From NCBI GenBank assembly GCA_943369355.1, contig CALRMX020000004.1:347654-379653 (forward strand): a stretch of 32,000 bases of DNA, read 5' to 3'. The notes under the pieces are model-generated. The model saw nothing but the letters and a program-made list of their open reading frames with translations, made no database searches and was not told the origin of the DNA. Below, in pieces: positions 16,717-26,110 of the stretch. The position numbers and the translations under genes were made by a program. This stretch comes from Chitinophaga pinensis. GTDB taxonomy: Bacteria; Bacteroidota; Bacteroidia; UBA7662. Position 1 is the first letter of the stretch. Each line of letters begins with the position of its first letter.

Positions 16717-17242
16717 GTTGATGCTGCTGCTGCTACTAGCAGCCGCATGTGCCAAAAAGTCTACGCCCGAGGCCGAAGTCGCTCCCGTTCGTCGTACTGT
16801 GGTACAGAAAAAAGGACCTGAACCTTTACGGATAAAATACTCGAACCAAACCACCCAAATGGATCTTGCCTTGGAAATGGAAGATGAGGTGATTGTGGAA
16901 ATGCGCGGCATTCGGCTAGATTCAACACAACTCGTTGCTGACAGCACCGTTCTCGCAAATCAGCAGCAGGAACAACAAGAACGTCAGCTTTTGAGTGTGC
17001 AACGCGCGCTCAAAAATTACCGCATGGCGCAGGAGGCCTTACTCCGCAAACAATACGACAAAGCCATGCTATATATCGATGCTTGTTTGCTTGAAGGCGA
17101 AACCGCTGAAGCTTTGGCTTTTAAGGGGTCGGTTTTTTACCTGCAAGGCAATAAAGTGGAGGCCAAAAAATTGTGGCAGAAGGCTAGGCAACTCGACCCT
17201 GATATGCCCGATGATGTGTATTACGAAACCCGAAAAAACTGA
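16688..17242 (+). CDS. Lipoprotein with TPR-like domain
   Basis: LMLLLLLAAACAKKS lipobox; ALLRKQYDKAMLYIDACLLEGETAEALAFKGSVFYLQGNKVEAKKLWQKARQLDPD. Overlaps both neighbours. Confidence 0.75.
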   Translation: MQYGSTTVFKLMLLLLLAAACAKKSTPEAEVAPVRRTVVQKKGPEPLRIKYSNQTTQMDLALEMEDEVIVEMRGIRLDSTQLVADSTVLANQQQEQQERQLLSVQRALKNYRMAQEALLRKQYDKAMLYIDACLLEGETAEALAFKGSVFYLQGNKVEAKKLWQKARQLDPDMPDDVYYETRKN

Positions 17243-18072
17243 TGCGCTTCTCCATTTATACAACCGTTGCTGCACTTCTCTCCTTTGTATTGGTGATTCT
17301 AGGTGCACTCGATACGGGTGAGGTAATCGACATTGATGGATATTTACCGGCCACATTGAGTGGAATGACCTATTTAAACATTCCAAGCTTATTCATTGTA
17401 TTGGGTGGCGTACTCACGGGTACTTTTGTGATGTTTCCATTCCATTCGGTATTGAACACGCTTGGCGCCGTGCGGTATTTATTTAGTCACAGCAATACCA
17501 AACGTTCGGTGATGTACGATGCTACCAACAGTTTGCTTGAAGTTACCGCTGCCTACAAAAAAGATAAATCCAGCTTCCGCGATAAGTTGCGTACTACTTT
17601 CAACGACCCCTACGTGCTTACCTTGGAAGAATTGCTCGAGACCAACTACCCGGCAGAAGAAATGCGGAAATTGGGAGAATCGCGCATAGAAAATAGTTTT
17701 TCAACGAATACCACGCAGGCCGACATATTATCGTCGATGGCTACTTCGGCACCAGCATTTGGCATGCTGGGAACCATCTTAGGCCTCATCGCCATGCTTC
17801 GCAATCTCGAAGATCCCTCAGCTGTAGGTCCTTCGTTGGCTGTAGCCCTAATTACTACTTTGTATGGCGTTATCTTCGCCAACCTTGTATTTCTTCCTCT
17901 TTCAAAAAAAATAAGGGCACATGCCATGCACAATTTCGAATGGCAAACCATTGTCCTCGAAGCCTTTATCATGTTGCGCGAAAATCGGTCGGGTATGTAT
18001 ATGAAAGACCGTCTTTTTGCCCTCATCGATCATCAGCAAATAGCAGAACCCGAAGAAAAAGCGGCAAAATAG
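17242..18072 (+). CDS. motA: MotA/PomA-type stator proton/sodium channel subunit
   Basis: SSMATSAPAFGMLGTILGLIAMLRNLEDPSAVGPSLAVALITTLYGVIFANLVFLPLSKKIRAH, the MotA/PomA TM3-TM4 signature. Start overlaps the preceding stop (TGATG). Confidence 0.92.
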   Translation: MRFSIYTTVAALLSFVLVILGALDTGEVIDIDGYLPATLSGMTYLNIPSLFIVLGGVLTGTFVMFPFHSVLNTLGAVRYLFSHSNTKRSVMYDATNSLLEVTAAYKKDKSSFRDKLRTTFNDPYVLTLEELLETNYPAEEMRKLGESRIENSFSTNTTQADILSSMATSAPAFGMLGTILGLIAMLRNLEDPSAVGPSLAVALITTLYGVIFANLVFLPLSKKIRAHAMHNFEWQTIVLEAFIMLRENRSGMYMKDRLFALIDHQQIAEPEEKAAK

Positions 18073-18081
18073 CAGAGGATC

Positions 18082-18735
18082 ATGCGGATTTTGAAGCCCC
18101 AGAACGAAGATGAACAGAACTGGTTGATTACCTACAGCGACCTGATTACCCTCGTTCTTTGCTTTTTTGTGATGCTGTACACCACTGCTGAAGTAAAAGT
18201 GAGTGTTTGGGACGAGCTAAAGGCTGGGTTTAATGCCGAAATGAAAAAGCAGCAGCGTCCGAAAGATTACCTCAAGCAAGCGGTAAGAGAGCTGGACAGC
18301 TTACGCAGAACCTTACCCGATTCAGATGCCTTTGTGCTTCAGTTAAACAAAGAGGGTTTGGAGATTAACTTCGTCAGTAAACTCCTTTTCCCAAGTGCCG
18401 AAGCACAACTGTTACCCGAAGGTGAACAGGTACTGCGTCAGGTGGCCGGGCTCCTTGGACGTCTCAACGACCGTCCATACGAGTACGAAGTTCAGGGCCA
18501 TACCGACGATCTGCCCATCAATACGCCCATATTTCCATCGAATTGGGAGTTAAGCTCAGCACGAGCAACTACGGTGGTTCGCGCTTTGATTGCCTCAGGT
18601 TTAGATCCAGAAAAATGCCGTGCTTCGGGTTTTGCCGAAACCCGCCCTGAATTGCCCAATCGCGACCCTAAAGGCGTGGCAATACCCGAAAATCAAGCCG
18701 CCAACCGCAGAGTGGTCGTTTTGGTGCGTCGCTAA
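18082..18735 (+). CDS. motB: MotB/PomB-type stator subunit with OmpA-like peptidoglycan-binding domain
   Basis: WLITYSDLITLVLCFFVMLYTT (single TM with ion-binding Asp, aa 20); EYEVQGHTDDLPINTPIFPSNWELSSARATTVVRALI...NRRVVVLV. Confidence 0.93.
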   Translation: MRILKPQNEDEQNWLITYSDLITLVLCFFVMLYTTAEVKVSVWDELKAGFNAEMKKQQRPKDYLKQAVRELDSLRRTLPDSDAFVLQLNKEGLEINFVSKLLFPSAEAQLLPEGEQVLRQVAGLLGRLNDRPYEYEVQGHTDDLPINTPIFPSNWELSSARATTVVRALIASGLDPEKCRASGFAETRPELPNRDPKGVAIPENQAANRRVVVLVRR

Positions 18736-18742
18736 ACATTAT

Positions 18743-19828
18743 TTACCGATCCGAAAACTTGCGCATCAACAGCTCCATCGGTCCGTGTTTGAAGCTTTTT
18801 AGCCAATAGTAGCTAATCAAACAACTTGCTGCAAAATATACCGAAGCGAACAGAAGTATGATTTGGGGCTGCACATAGTGCATTTTATCTGTTCGGAAGC
18901 CCAAGTCGCTATCGGTGAGGAACGCAAGCAGCGGTAATCCCAAAAGAATGTGCGATAAATAGTGCGTTAGCGTCATCTGGCCAGTTGAGGTGAACAGCTG
19001 AACCCAACGATATTGGTTCACATACCCACTAATTTGGAGAAATAAAGTAATGAGCATCAATCCTGAGCCCATGGTACTGAGTATAAACGGAAGAAATGGA
19101 GGCAAGTAATCGGCCGAGAAAAACAGCTTCATCTCATTGCTTAAGGGTACTGAAGCCGACCAGATTTGAATTCCCCAAGTGATAGAATACAAGAAAAAAC
19201 CAATACTAAATATGCGTAACCGCAAACGAAAAGAGTTTAAATCTAATCTTCCAAGATACATGCCTACCATGAAGTAGGCTAGCCATGGAAAGATTGGGTT
19301 CCAGCCATTGTAGAACGTATTCCGTACAAAACCCTTCAAGGTCCAGAAGTCGAGGTATTGTAAAGTTTCAAAATCCCAACCCGTTTCGAAAGGCAAGACC
19401 AAGGTCAATAAATGAAATACTAATATTGCTACACTAGCTGTAAATAAGTAGTAACGTTTATTCACGAATAAAAGCAACATGCCGATGTGCATATAACCTC
19501 CATAAAAATGAAGAATATCGGCAGGCCACCAGTTATACAAAAGCAAACCCAAACAAAACAAAAACAAAGCTCTTTTATTCACTACCCCCACTAATTGTTT
19601 GCGTTCCTCAAAGGTATAAGTAGCTCGATTACTCATGAGTGCGATACCCATGCCAGCTAGTAAAACGAAAACCGTACTTGAATTGCCACTAAAAGCAGCT
19701 AAGGTTTTGGCCCAAAACGATTGATCGTGGTAATTCCCAAATACTACATTGAAGTTGACGATAAACATGCCGAAAATGGCATAGGCTCGGGCTAAATCGA
19801 ATCCGGCAACTCTGGACTTTGAATGCAT
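18743..19828 (-). CDS. DUF418/DUF1624-like polytopic membrane protein
   Basis: R.aGFDLARAYAIFGMFIVNF; many TMs; GQMTLTHYLSHILLGLPL. Confidence 0.8.
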   Translation of the reverse strand: MHSKSRVAGFDLARAYAIFGMFIVNFNVVFGNYHDQSFWAKTLAAFSGNSSTVFVLLAGMGIALMSNRATYTFEERKQLVGVVNKRALFLFCLGLLLYNWWPADILHFYGGYMHIGMLLLFVNKRYYLFTASVAILVFHLLTLVLPFETGWDFETLQYLDFWTLKGFVRNTFYNGWNPIFPWLAYFMVGMYLGRLDLNSFRLRLRIFSIGFFLYSITWGIQIWSASVPLSNEMKLFFSADYLPPFLPFILSTMGSGLMLITLFLQISGYVNQYRWVQLFTSTGQMTLTHYLSHILLGLPLLAFLTDSDLGFRTDKMHYVQPQIILLFASVYFAASCLISYYWLKSFKHGPMELLMRKFSDR

Positions 19829-19896
19829 AAAAATTACTTTTAATGCACCAAAAATCTCCGTTGGTGTGACAGAAACCTTTGACCTAAATCAAATAA

Positions 19897-20475
19897 TCAT
19901 AGCCTAGCCCGAATTCGACTGAGCGTTTCAAGAGTTACACCCAAATAGGAGGCAATATGCGTGAGCGAAACTTGCTGCACGATATGCGGGTGGCTTCTGA
20001 CCAATTGTTTGTAACGGTCTTCTGCATTCAAAGTGCGCAGTTCAAGTAATCGGCTTTCAAGCCAAAGCGCGTGATATTCGGTCAATAACAAGTCCAAAAC
20101 CACCAATTTGGGGTATTTATTCTTTAGCAACTGAAAACCGTGGTAATCTAACTGAGCAACCACAACCTCGGTAACTGCTTGGATGTACTCCTTCGATGGT
20201 TCTTGAAGGGTGTAAGCAACAAACGAAATCGCCAAATCGCCCGGGAACAACAAGCCTGTTGTTACTTCTTTTCCATCGTTCAGGTAATATTTACGTACAA
20301 TTCCCGCCTCGATATCGAAGCTGCATCTTCCCTGCTCATCTTGCTTTAAAAGATATTCACCTTTTCGATACGTCTTTCTAACAGCAAGTTTTTGGAGTTC
20401 CTCTCGGGTTTCAGCATCGAGCGACTGGAAGTACTCTTCTATCTTTTTGAGTTGTTGTTGCATGGTATTATGCAA
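19897..20475 (-). CDS. Crp/Fnr family transcriptional regulator
   Basis: Cyclic-nucleotide-binding fold (YRKGEYLLKQDEQGRCSFDIEAGIVRKYYLNDGKEVTTGLLFPGDLA) and C-terminal HTH-like QVSLTHIASYLGVTLETLSRIRARL. Confidence 0.88.
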   Translation of the reverse strand: MHNTMQQQLKKIEEYFQSLDAETREELQKLAVRKTYRKGEYLLKQDEQGRCSFDIEAGIVRKYYLNDGKEVTTGLLFPGDLAISFVAYTLQEPSKEYIQAVTEVVVAQLDYHGFQLLKNKYPKLVVLDLLLTEYHALWLESRLLELRTLNAEDRYKQLVRSHPHIVQQVSLTHIASYLGVTLETLSRIRARL

Positions 20476-20700
20476 CTAAGGTGATTTGCATTACCGAAGG
20501 TACCGAAAAGCACATAGCGAAACTCAAAACAAAAGCCGATTAAATTCACAAACCACTTTCGCAGCGTATTTGTACTGTACCACGGGCGTAAACATAGCTG
20601 TGACAGCGTCCTACCTTGGTACTTTTTATAGAAAACGATGCTTAACCATCCTCATTCAAGAGTTCAGCAAAACGTGTCTTTATCCTAACCGTATAAGAAG

Positions 20701-22110
20701 CTAATGCGTCAAGGAGGTATTCTTGCTGATATTAAACTTTCCACTCGCCTTCATTGCACCGAAGCCCCCAGCTACGTTGATGAGGTTGTCGTAACCACGT
20801 GCTTTTAAGATAGAGGCAAACACCATTGAGCGATATCCACCTGCGCAATGTACATACCAGGTTTTGCTTTTATCTGCCTTGAGCATGCTCTCGTTAACGA
20901 AATCGAGTGGTGCATTAACGGCATTGACCAGGTGTTCGCTTAGGTATTCACTTTCCTTACGAACATCTAGGATATCGATTTCGGGATTGGCCGATTCAAT
21001 AGCCGAAAACTCTTCGACTGTGATACTCTGGATGGTTTCAAAGGCACGACCAGCTGCCAACCAACTGCCAAAGCCACCTTCGAGGTAACCAATGGCGAAA
21101 TCGTAACCTACACGCGCCAAACGAGTAACTACCTCTTCTTCGCGGCCTGGTTCGGCAACCACTAAGATATGTTGACGAATATCGGGTATCAAGGTACCCA
21201 CCCAAGGAGCAAACCCTCCATCGATACCGATGTTGATGCTACCTGGGATAAAGCCTTGTGCAAATACTTCTGCCTTCCGGGTATCTAGAATAAGGGCATC
21301 GGTTTCGTTGGCTGCGGCTTCAAATGCTGCTGGTGAAAGAGCTTGCGTGCCGCGCTTCAGCACTTCGTCGATGCTGTCGTAACCTTTTTTGTTCATTTGA
21401 ACATTTAATGGGAAATAAGCAGGAGGCGGCATCAGGCCACTGGTCACTTCTTTCACAAATTCATCCTCAGTCATATCGGCACGCAGTGCGTAGTTGTTCT
21501 TTTTCTGGTTCCCGAGCAGGTCGAAGGTTTCTTTACTCATGTTTTTACCACAAGCTGAGCCGGCACCGTGGGCTGGATATACCACCACGTCGTCGGGCAA
21601 AGTCATGATTTTAAGCCTGAGCGAATTGTAGAGCAAACGTGCAAGATCGTCTTGTGTAAGTTCGCTTTTTGCTGCGAGGTCGGGACGGCCTACATCACCT
21701 ATGAACAAGGTATCGCCTGAAAAAATGGCTATTTCTTTGTTGTTTTCGTCTTTCAATAAATACGTAGTGCTTTCGAGGGTATGGCCAGGAGTATGCAACA
21801 CCTTAATGGTGAGCTTGCCTACTCGAAGTTCTTCGCCATCAGCAGCCACATGAACATCGTATTCGGTATGGGCATTCGGGCCAAATACAATTTTTGCTCC
21901 TGTAGCTTTGGCTAAGTCGAGATGGCCAGAAACGAAGTCGGCATGGAAATGCGTTTCAAGCACGTATTTAATCTTTGCTCCCGCTTTTTCGGCCCGTTGC
22001 TGATAAGCCGTTATTTCTCGAAGTGGATCAATAACCACGGCTTCTCCATCACTTTCAATATAATAGGCTCCTTGGGCAAGGCAACCGGTATAAATTTGCT
22101 CAATGGTCAT
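20701..22110 (-). CDS. MBL-fold persulfide-dioxygenase-like protein with two rhodanese domains
   Basis: THFHADFVSGHLDL, HTPGHTLESTTYLL, FSGDTLFIGDVGRPDL, YPAHGAGSACG. Rhodanese 2 has VHCAGGYRSM; rhodanese 1 lacks a catalytic Cys. Confidence 0.9.
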   Translation of the reverse strand: MTIEQIYTGCLAQGAYYIESDGEAVVIDPLREITAYQQRAEKAGAKIKYVLETHFHADFVSGHLDLAKATGAKIVFGPNAHTEYDVHVAADGEELRVGKLTIKVLHTPGHTLESTTYLLKDENNKEIAIFSGDTLFIGDVGRPDLAAKSELTQDDLARLLYNSLRLKIMTLPDDVVVYPAHGAGSACGKNMSKETFDLLGNQKKNNYALRADMTEDEFVKEVTSGLMPPPAYFPLNVQMNKKGYDSIDEVLKRGTQALSPAAFEAAANETDALILDTRKAEVFAQGFIPGSINIGIDGGFAPWVGTLIPDIRQHILVVAEPGREEEVVTRLARVGYDFAIGYLEGGFGSWLAAGRAFETIQSITVEEFSAIESANPEIDILDVRKESEYLSEHLVNAVNAPLDFVNESMLKADKSKTWYVHCAGGYRSMVFASILKARGYDNLINVAGGFGAMKASGKFNISKNTSLTH

Positions 22111-22215
22111 ATGCGGAAGATTTTAGATGAATCAGAAAATTAAAGATAAGGTATCGGTCGAAATACACCTGAAAACGAAGTTCTAAAACATGAAGTTCAA
22201 TTCAACGCAAGAAGT

Positions 22216-23010
22216 TCAGCTAAGTAGTCCCAGTTCTTTGACAAGAATGAATACGCCCATGACAAGCACAAACCAACCAAAGGCTTTTTTCAGTTTACTG
22301 CCATCTATTTTTCTTGACAGGTAGTTGCCTCCAAAAATTCCGGCGATGGCTATTCCACTGATGCTAAGGAGCATGGTCCAGTCGATAGCAAGATGTCCCA
22401 AATCGCCAGTAAAACCAATAAGCGATTTGGCTGCTATGATGAGTAAGGAGGTCCCTACCGCCATTTTCATGGATAAACCGGTGAGTAAGACCAAGGCAGG
22501 TATGATGAGAAAACCTCCACCGGCACCAACCAAACCGGTAAGTGTTCCTACCACTGCTCCTTCGAGTAAAATGAGACCATACCGATATGTTCCTTTGGTT
22601 TTTGGCATGGCGGGCCTAGCATCGCGTATCATAGAAACAGAAGCGGCCACCATGAGCATCGCAAACAACAACATGAGGAAGAGTGGACGAGTGAGCTCAA
22701 AAGCACCAACTGTAAATAGCTGCTCTGGGATGGCAGGAACCAATAAAGCCCGTGTTAGATATACGGCAACTATGCTTGGAGCTCCAAAAACTGCCGCAGT
22801 TTTCAAGTCTACCAATCCTTCTTTGTATTTACTCCAACTGCCCACTAGGCTGGTTAAGCCAACGATAAACAGACTGTAAGCAGTAGCCGCTACGGGTTCA
22901 ACTCCCAACAGATATACGAGTACAGGAACAGTAAGAATAGATCCACCTCCTCCTATCATGCCAAGCGACAACCCAATCAATGCTGCACTCAGGTATCCGA
23001 TAATTTCCAT
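22216..23010 (-). CDS. TauE/SafE-type sulfite exporter family permease
   Basis: Polytopic; GMIGGGGSILTVPVLVYLLGVEPVAATAYSLFIVG and GLTGLVGAGGGFLIIPALVLLTGLSMKMAVGTSLLII internal repeat. Start MEIIGYLSAAL at 23010. Confidence 0.9.
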   Translation of the reverse strand: MEIIGYLSAALIGLSLGMIGGGGSILTVPVLVYLLGVEPVAATAYSLFIVGLTSLVGSWSKYKEGLVDLKTAAVFGAPSIVAVYLTRALLVPAIPEQLFTVGAFELTRPLFLMLLFAMLMVAASVSMIRDARPAMPKTKGTYRYGLILLEGAVVGTLTGLVGAGGGFLIIPALVLLTGLSMKMAVGTSLLIIAAKSLIGFTGDLGHLAIDWTMLLSISGIAIAGIFGGNYLSRKIDGSKLKKAFGWFVLVMGVFILVKELGLLS

Positions 23011-23208
23011 GTGTTGAATTTCGTACAAAATTTGCAGTTGCATTCGACTTGAATTGTGACTTGGGTTACGGAAGTGCAACTAAAAGCAGGTGTTCATCTT
23101 AATCTTCAGAATTAATGAGCATATCATTTATCTAATTCTACCAATTTTCTCCAGGTATCAGGTTTACCACTCATCAAGATGTATATGCCCGAATCACCCG
23201 AAATTTGG

Positions 23209-26022
23209 CTAACGAATCAATTGTATTTCTTTTCGAAAGACTTTCCACGTACTTGTTTCGCCTCGGTATTGCAGTACAACGAGGTAGTTTCCTGCCGGAC
23301 AAACTTGACCGTTGACGTTACCATCCCAATAATGTTCAAAATTAGTTGTACTAAAAACTTCTTGGCCCCAACGATTAAATACTTTCAGCTGAAGTTGGTC
23401 GGCACCCAATAAAACATAGGATAGCCTTTCGTTGACGCCATCACCATTGGGAGAAAAGATATTGGGGAAAAGGAGAACTAGCGGCTCATTGACCCGAATC
23501 ACCCGAATAAAACTATCAACACAAGCTGTAAGACTGTCTTGTACTACTAGCTTAATTGCTTTATTCCCTCTACGTTCGAACGAAATTTGAAGGTCTTTGT
23601 CCATGGACACAGTAACACTATTGGTGTCCCATCGATAAGCAGTTGCGTTGACACTGTAGTTTATTCCATTTAGGAGTTCAAATACCTCCAAAGTATCTCT
23701 AGTCAGTGAAAAGTGCGCTTTTAAAGGCCTAAGCGTTAGTTGTATTGGTTGACTTGCAAAAATGCTATCACAAGAACCAAATTGGTACCGAGCAAGTGCT
23801 CTGTACTCTCCTGTTCTGTTTACCAACCTTACGCCCCCTTGGGTTTGTCCGATTGAAGAACCGTTGAAAATCCATTCAACTTGTTGAGGTGGTGGAATAA
23901 CTTGTAAGGCAACTACACTATCTCTACATAAAGATGCATTCGGATGTAATTGTAAACGTGCATCCGGGAATTCGTCTTTTGAAAACCGTATGGTATCGCT
24001 CAGCTGACGACAACCATTTGTATCGATAGCTAAGCAATAATATGATCCAGTATCGGATATACTCAAGCTGGTACCTGAAGATAATACCAAAGCAGAACCT
24101 AAACGGTACCACGAAAAAGATACTAAATTCGAATTCAGCACACGTAAATCAACGGTATGCCCTTCGCAAAAAGAGGTATTGGAAGTGGTGTTGAGACTTA
24201 ATTGGTAAGGAGGAAAATTCCGTACTTCTAGCACATTAGTACTATCGTTAAAGCAAGGTGAGCCTCGGTAACGCAAATAATAACGACCAGGTTGGTGTAT
24301 TCGTAAAAAGGTATCCACGGCATTGGCTATTGGAACGCCATTCCGTATCCATTGGTAGCTCATGCCTAAAATCCTAGGGACCGCTATTAGCAGTGTGTCG
24401 GTGCTACATTTTCTTAAACTATCGGGTAAAACACCTTTCGGATTAACCGCCGAGGCATCACGCACAAAAATAGAATCTACATAAGTTGAGCATCCTGGGA
24501 TGGTCATTTCAACGATATACCAACCTAATCGTGCTGTATTGTACATAAACGGCCTTGGATTTTGCAAAGTATCGTTGAAGCCATTTGGACCTGTCCACCG
24601 ATAATGTGCCTGTGGGTAATACGCAGCGCTAAGTTTTACGGAATCACCCATACAAATTGGACTATTCACATCAATACCCGTGGCAAATTCGCTGAAGTTC
24701 GAAAAATAAGCGTACCTCGCTTGCGAATTGGTACCACCGTGTAATACCGCCATTTGAAATACATCGCTAGTGTTGCGAACCAGTAGAGCATTATTTGCCG
24801 CCAATATTGAATTTGGAACTAAATAGCGTGCAACTAGCCAATTATTGCCGCCTCCAGTAACTGGCAAAAAAGTTGAAGCTGGAATTAAGTTTGGTACTCC
24901 ATTCAAAAGAAAGTTTGTTTCACCACCACGATTAACTGTTAAAAGAATTATGAGCGTATCGGTTCCTGAACGAACAACACCCACTTCGGGTGAACCTGTA
25001 CAATACACAGGTGGGAGCTGCGCAGCTCCCATTTGGCAACCAATACCCGATACATGAAATACTGATATGGGCTCGTTTGCTGAGATAAATACATTTGGAC
25101 TATCTAGTGCGAAAGTAAAGGTGGACCCTGCCTGTGGTAATGTAACAAACGGTGTTGAATTAGCGCGCAAGTAAACACTTGTGTTAGGGGCGGTAGTTGT
25201 AATACTAATCAACTCACCCAGAGCCGATAATCCTCCATTCACAGCAATATAACCTCTTCCTAGATTCTCAATTGGTAATATTTGATCACCAATAAGCTCT
25301 AGGCAACCAGTACCAAATCCGATAGCATCTTGTTTAACAGTTATCGCTATTGGATGATTACTCGAAACATAACTTCCAGCCGGAATCTGTGCTCCAACGG
25401 TAGTATCCGAAACAACGCTGTAGGTTTGCCCTTCATGAAGTAAAACTTGAAACGGAACCCCTGCTGCATGACCCAACACATTTACTGAGGGAGTGATTGA
25501 AACCAAGGTACTATCGCGTGTAGCTACTATGTCGAAAGAAGAATTTGCTCCAAGTATAGCTGCTCGGTCGGGATAAAAGAGATTTTGCATGGGTATTCGG
25601 AATGCTGTACCCAAGGCATTTTTACCCTTTAAGCTGAATATTTCCGCATTACACCCACAACTACCTCCCCCAACTTCCCAATAAGCATTTATTCTCTTGT
25701 CGGACCAGACGTATATGCCCCATCTCTGAATCTGATTAGGCACTTTTAATTCCAAAGAGTCAATAAACGGAGTCAAATCAATGGTCACCGTTTGGTTTGG
25801 CGCTATACTTCTTACAATGGAAGTAAACCAGTTTACCCCCGGCACCCTTACGTGTACAAAGGCACCTTGAGCATGAGCGGTTAAGCGAAGTAAGATGGGT
25901 CTATCCCGTTGATCGGTAGTTTGTTCCACCTCTGGAACAGCAAACCAAAACAAGGTGTCGACCTGTCCATAGGTTTGTGTATAGGAAAAAAAGATGCCTA
26001 AAAGTACAATCCATCTTTTCAT
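23209..26022 (-). CDS. IgGFc-binding-like surface protein with gliding-motility-associated C-terminal domain
   Basis: Signal peptide; N-terminal IgGFc-binding-like region; C-terminus LFPNIFSPNGDGVNERLSYVLLGADQLQLKVFNRWGQEVFSTTNFEHYWDGNVNGQVCPAGNYLVVLQYRG. Confidence 0.85.
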   Translation of the reverse strand: MKRWIVLLGIFFSYTQTYGQVDTLFWFAVPEVEQTTDQRDRPILLRLTAHAQGAFVHVRVPGVNWFTSIVRSIAPNQTVTIDLTPFIDSLELKVPNQIQRWGIYVWSDKRINAYWEVGGGSCGCNAEIFSLKGKNALGTAFRIPMQNLFYPDRAAILGANSSFDIVATRDSTLVSITPSVNVLGHAAGVPFQVLLHEGQTYSVVSDTTVGAQIPAGSYVSSNHPIAITVKQDAIGFGTGCLELIGDQILPIENLGRGYIAVNGGLSALGELISITTTAPNTSVYLRANSTPFVTLPQAGSTFTFALDSPNVFISANEPISVFHVSGIGCQMGAAQLPPVYCTGSPEVGVVRSGTDTLIILLTVNRGGETNFLLNGVPNLIPASTFLPVTGGGNNWLVARYLVPNSILAANNALLVRNTSDVFQMAVLHGGTNSQARYAYFSNFSEFATGIDVNSPICMGDSVKLSAAYYPQAHYRWTGPNGFNDTLQNPRPFMYNTARLGWYIVEMTIPGCSTYVDSIFVRDASAVNPKGVLPDSLRKCSTDTLLIAVPRILGMSYQWIRNGVPIANAVDTFLRIHQPGRYYLRYRGSPCFNDSTNVLEVRNFPPYQLSLNTTSNTSFCEGHTVDLRVLNSNLVSFSWYRLGSALVLSSGTSLSISDTGSYYCLAIDTNGCRQLSDTIRFSKDEFPDARLQLHPNASLCRDSVVALQVIPPPQQVEWIFNGSSIGQTQGGVRLVNRTGEYRALARYQFGSCDSIFASQPIQLTLRPLKAHFSLTRDTLEVFELLNGINYSVNATAYRWDTNSVTVSMDKDLQISFERRGNKAIKLVVQDSLTACVDSFIRVIRVNEPLVLLFPNIFSPNGDGVNERLSYVLLGADQLQLKVFNRWGQEVFSTTNFEHYWDGNVNGQVCPAGNYLVVLQYRGETSTWKVFRKEIQLIR

Positions 26023-26110
26023 GCATCTAAACTACATACTAGAGCATTAGAAATGTCATGAAATTAACACAAAACACGTTTAAGGCAATCAAGCTGTGTC
26101 CAAATTCACC

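Noticed and set aside
17242-18735. Zorya anti-phage system (ZorA/ZorB are MotA/MotB relatives)
   Set aside because: No ZorC, ZorD or ZorE-like gene nearby. The partners are a FliF-FliG-like protein and envelope proteins, and the MotA/B sequences look closer to PomA/PomB, with no long cytoplasmic ZorA tail.
22325-22879. 184-aa + strand ORF opposite TauE/SafE
   Set aside because: Proline/lysine-rich antisense translation of a membrane-protein gene; no start context or motif.
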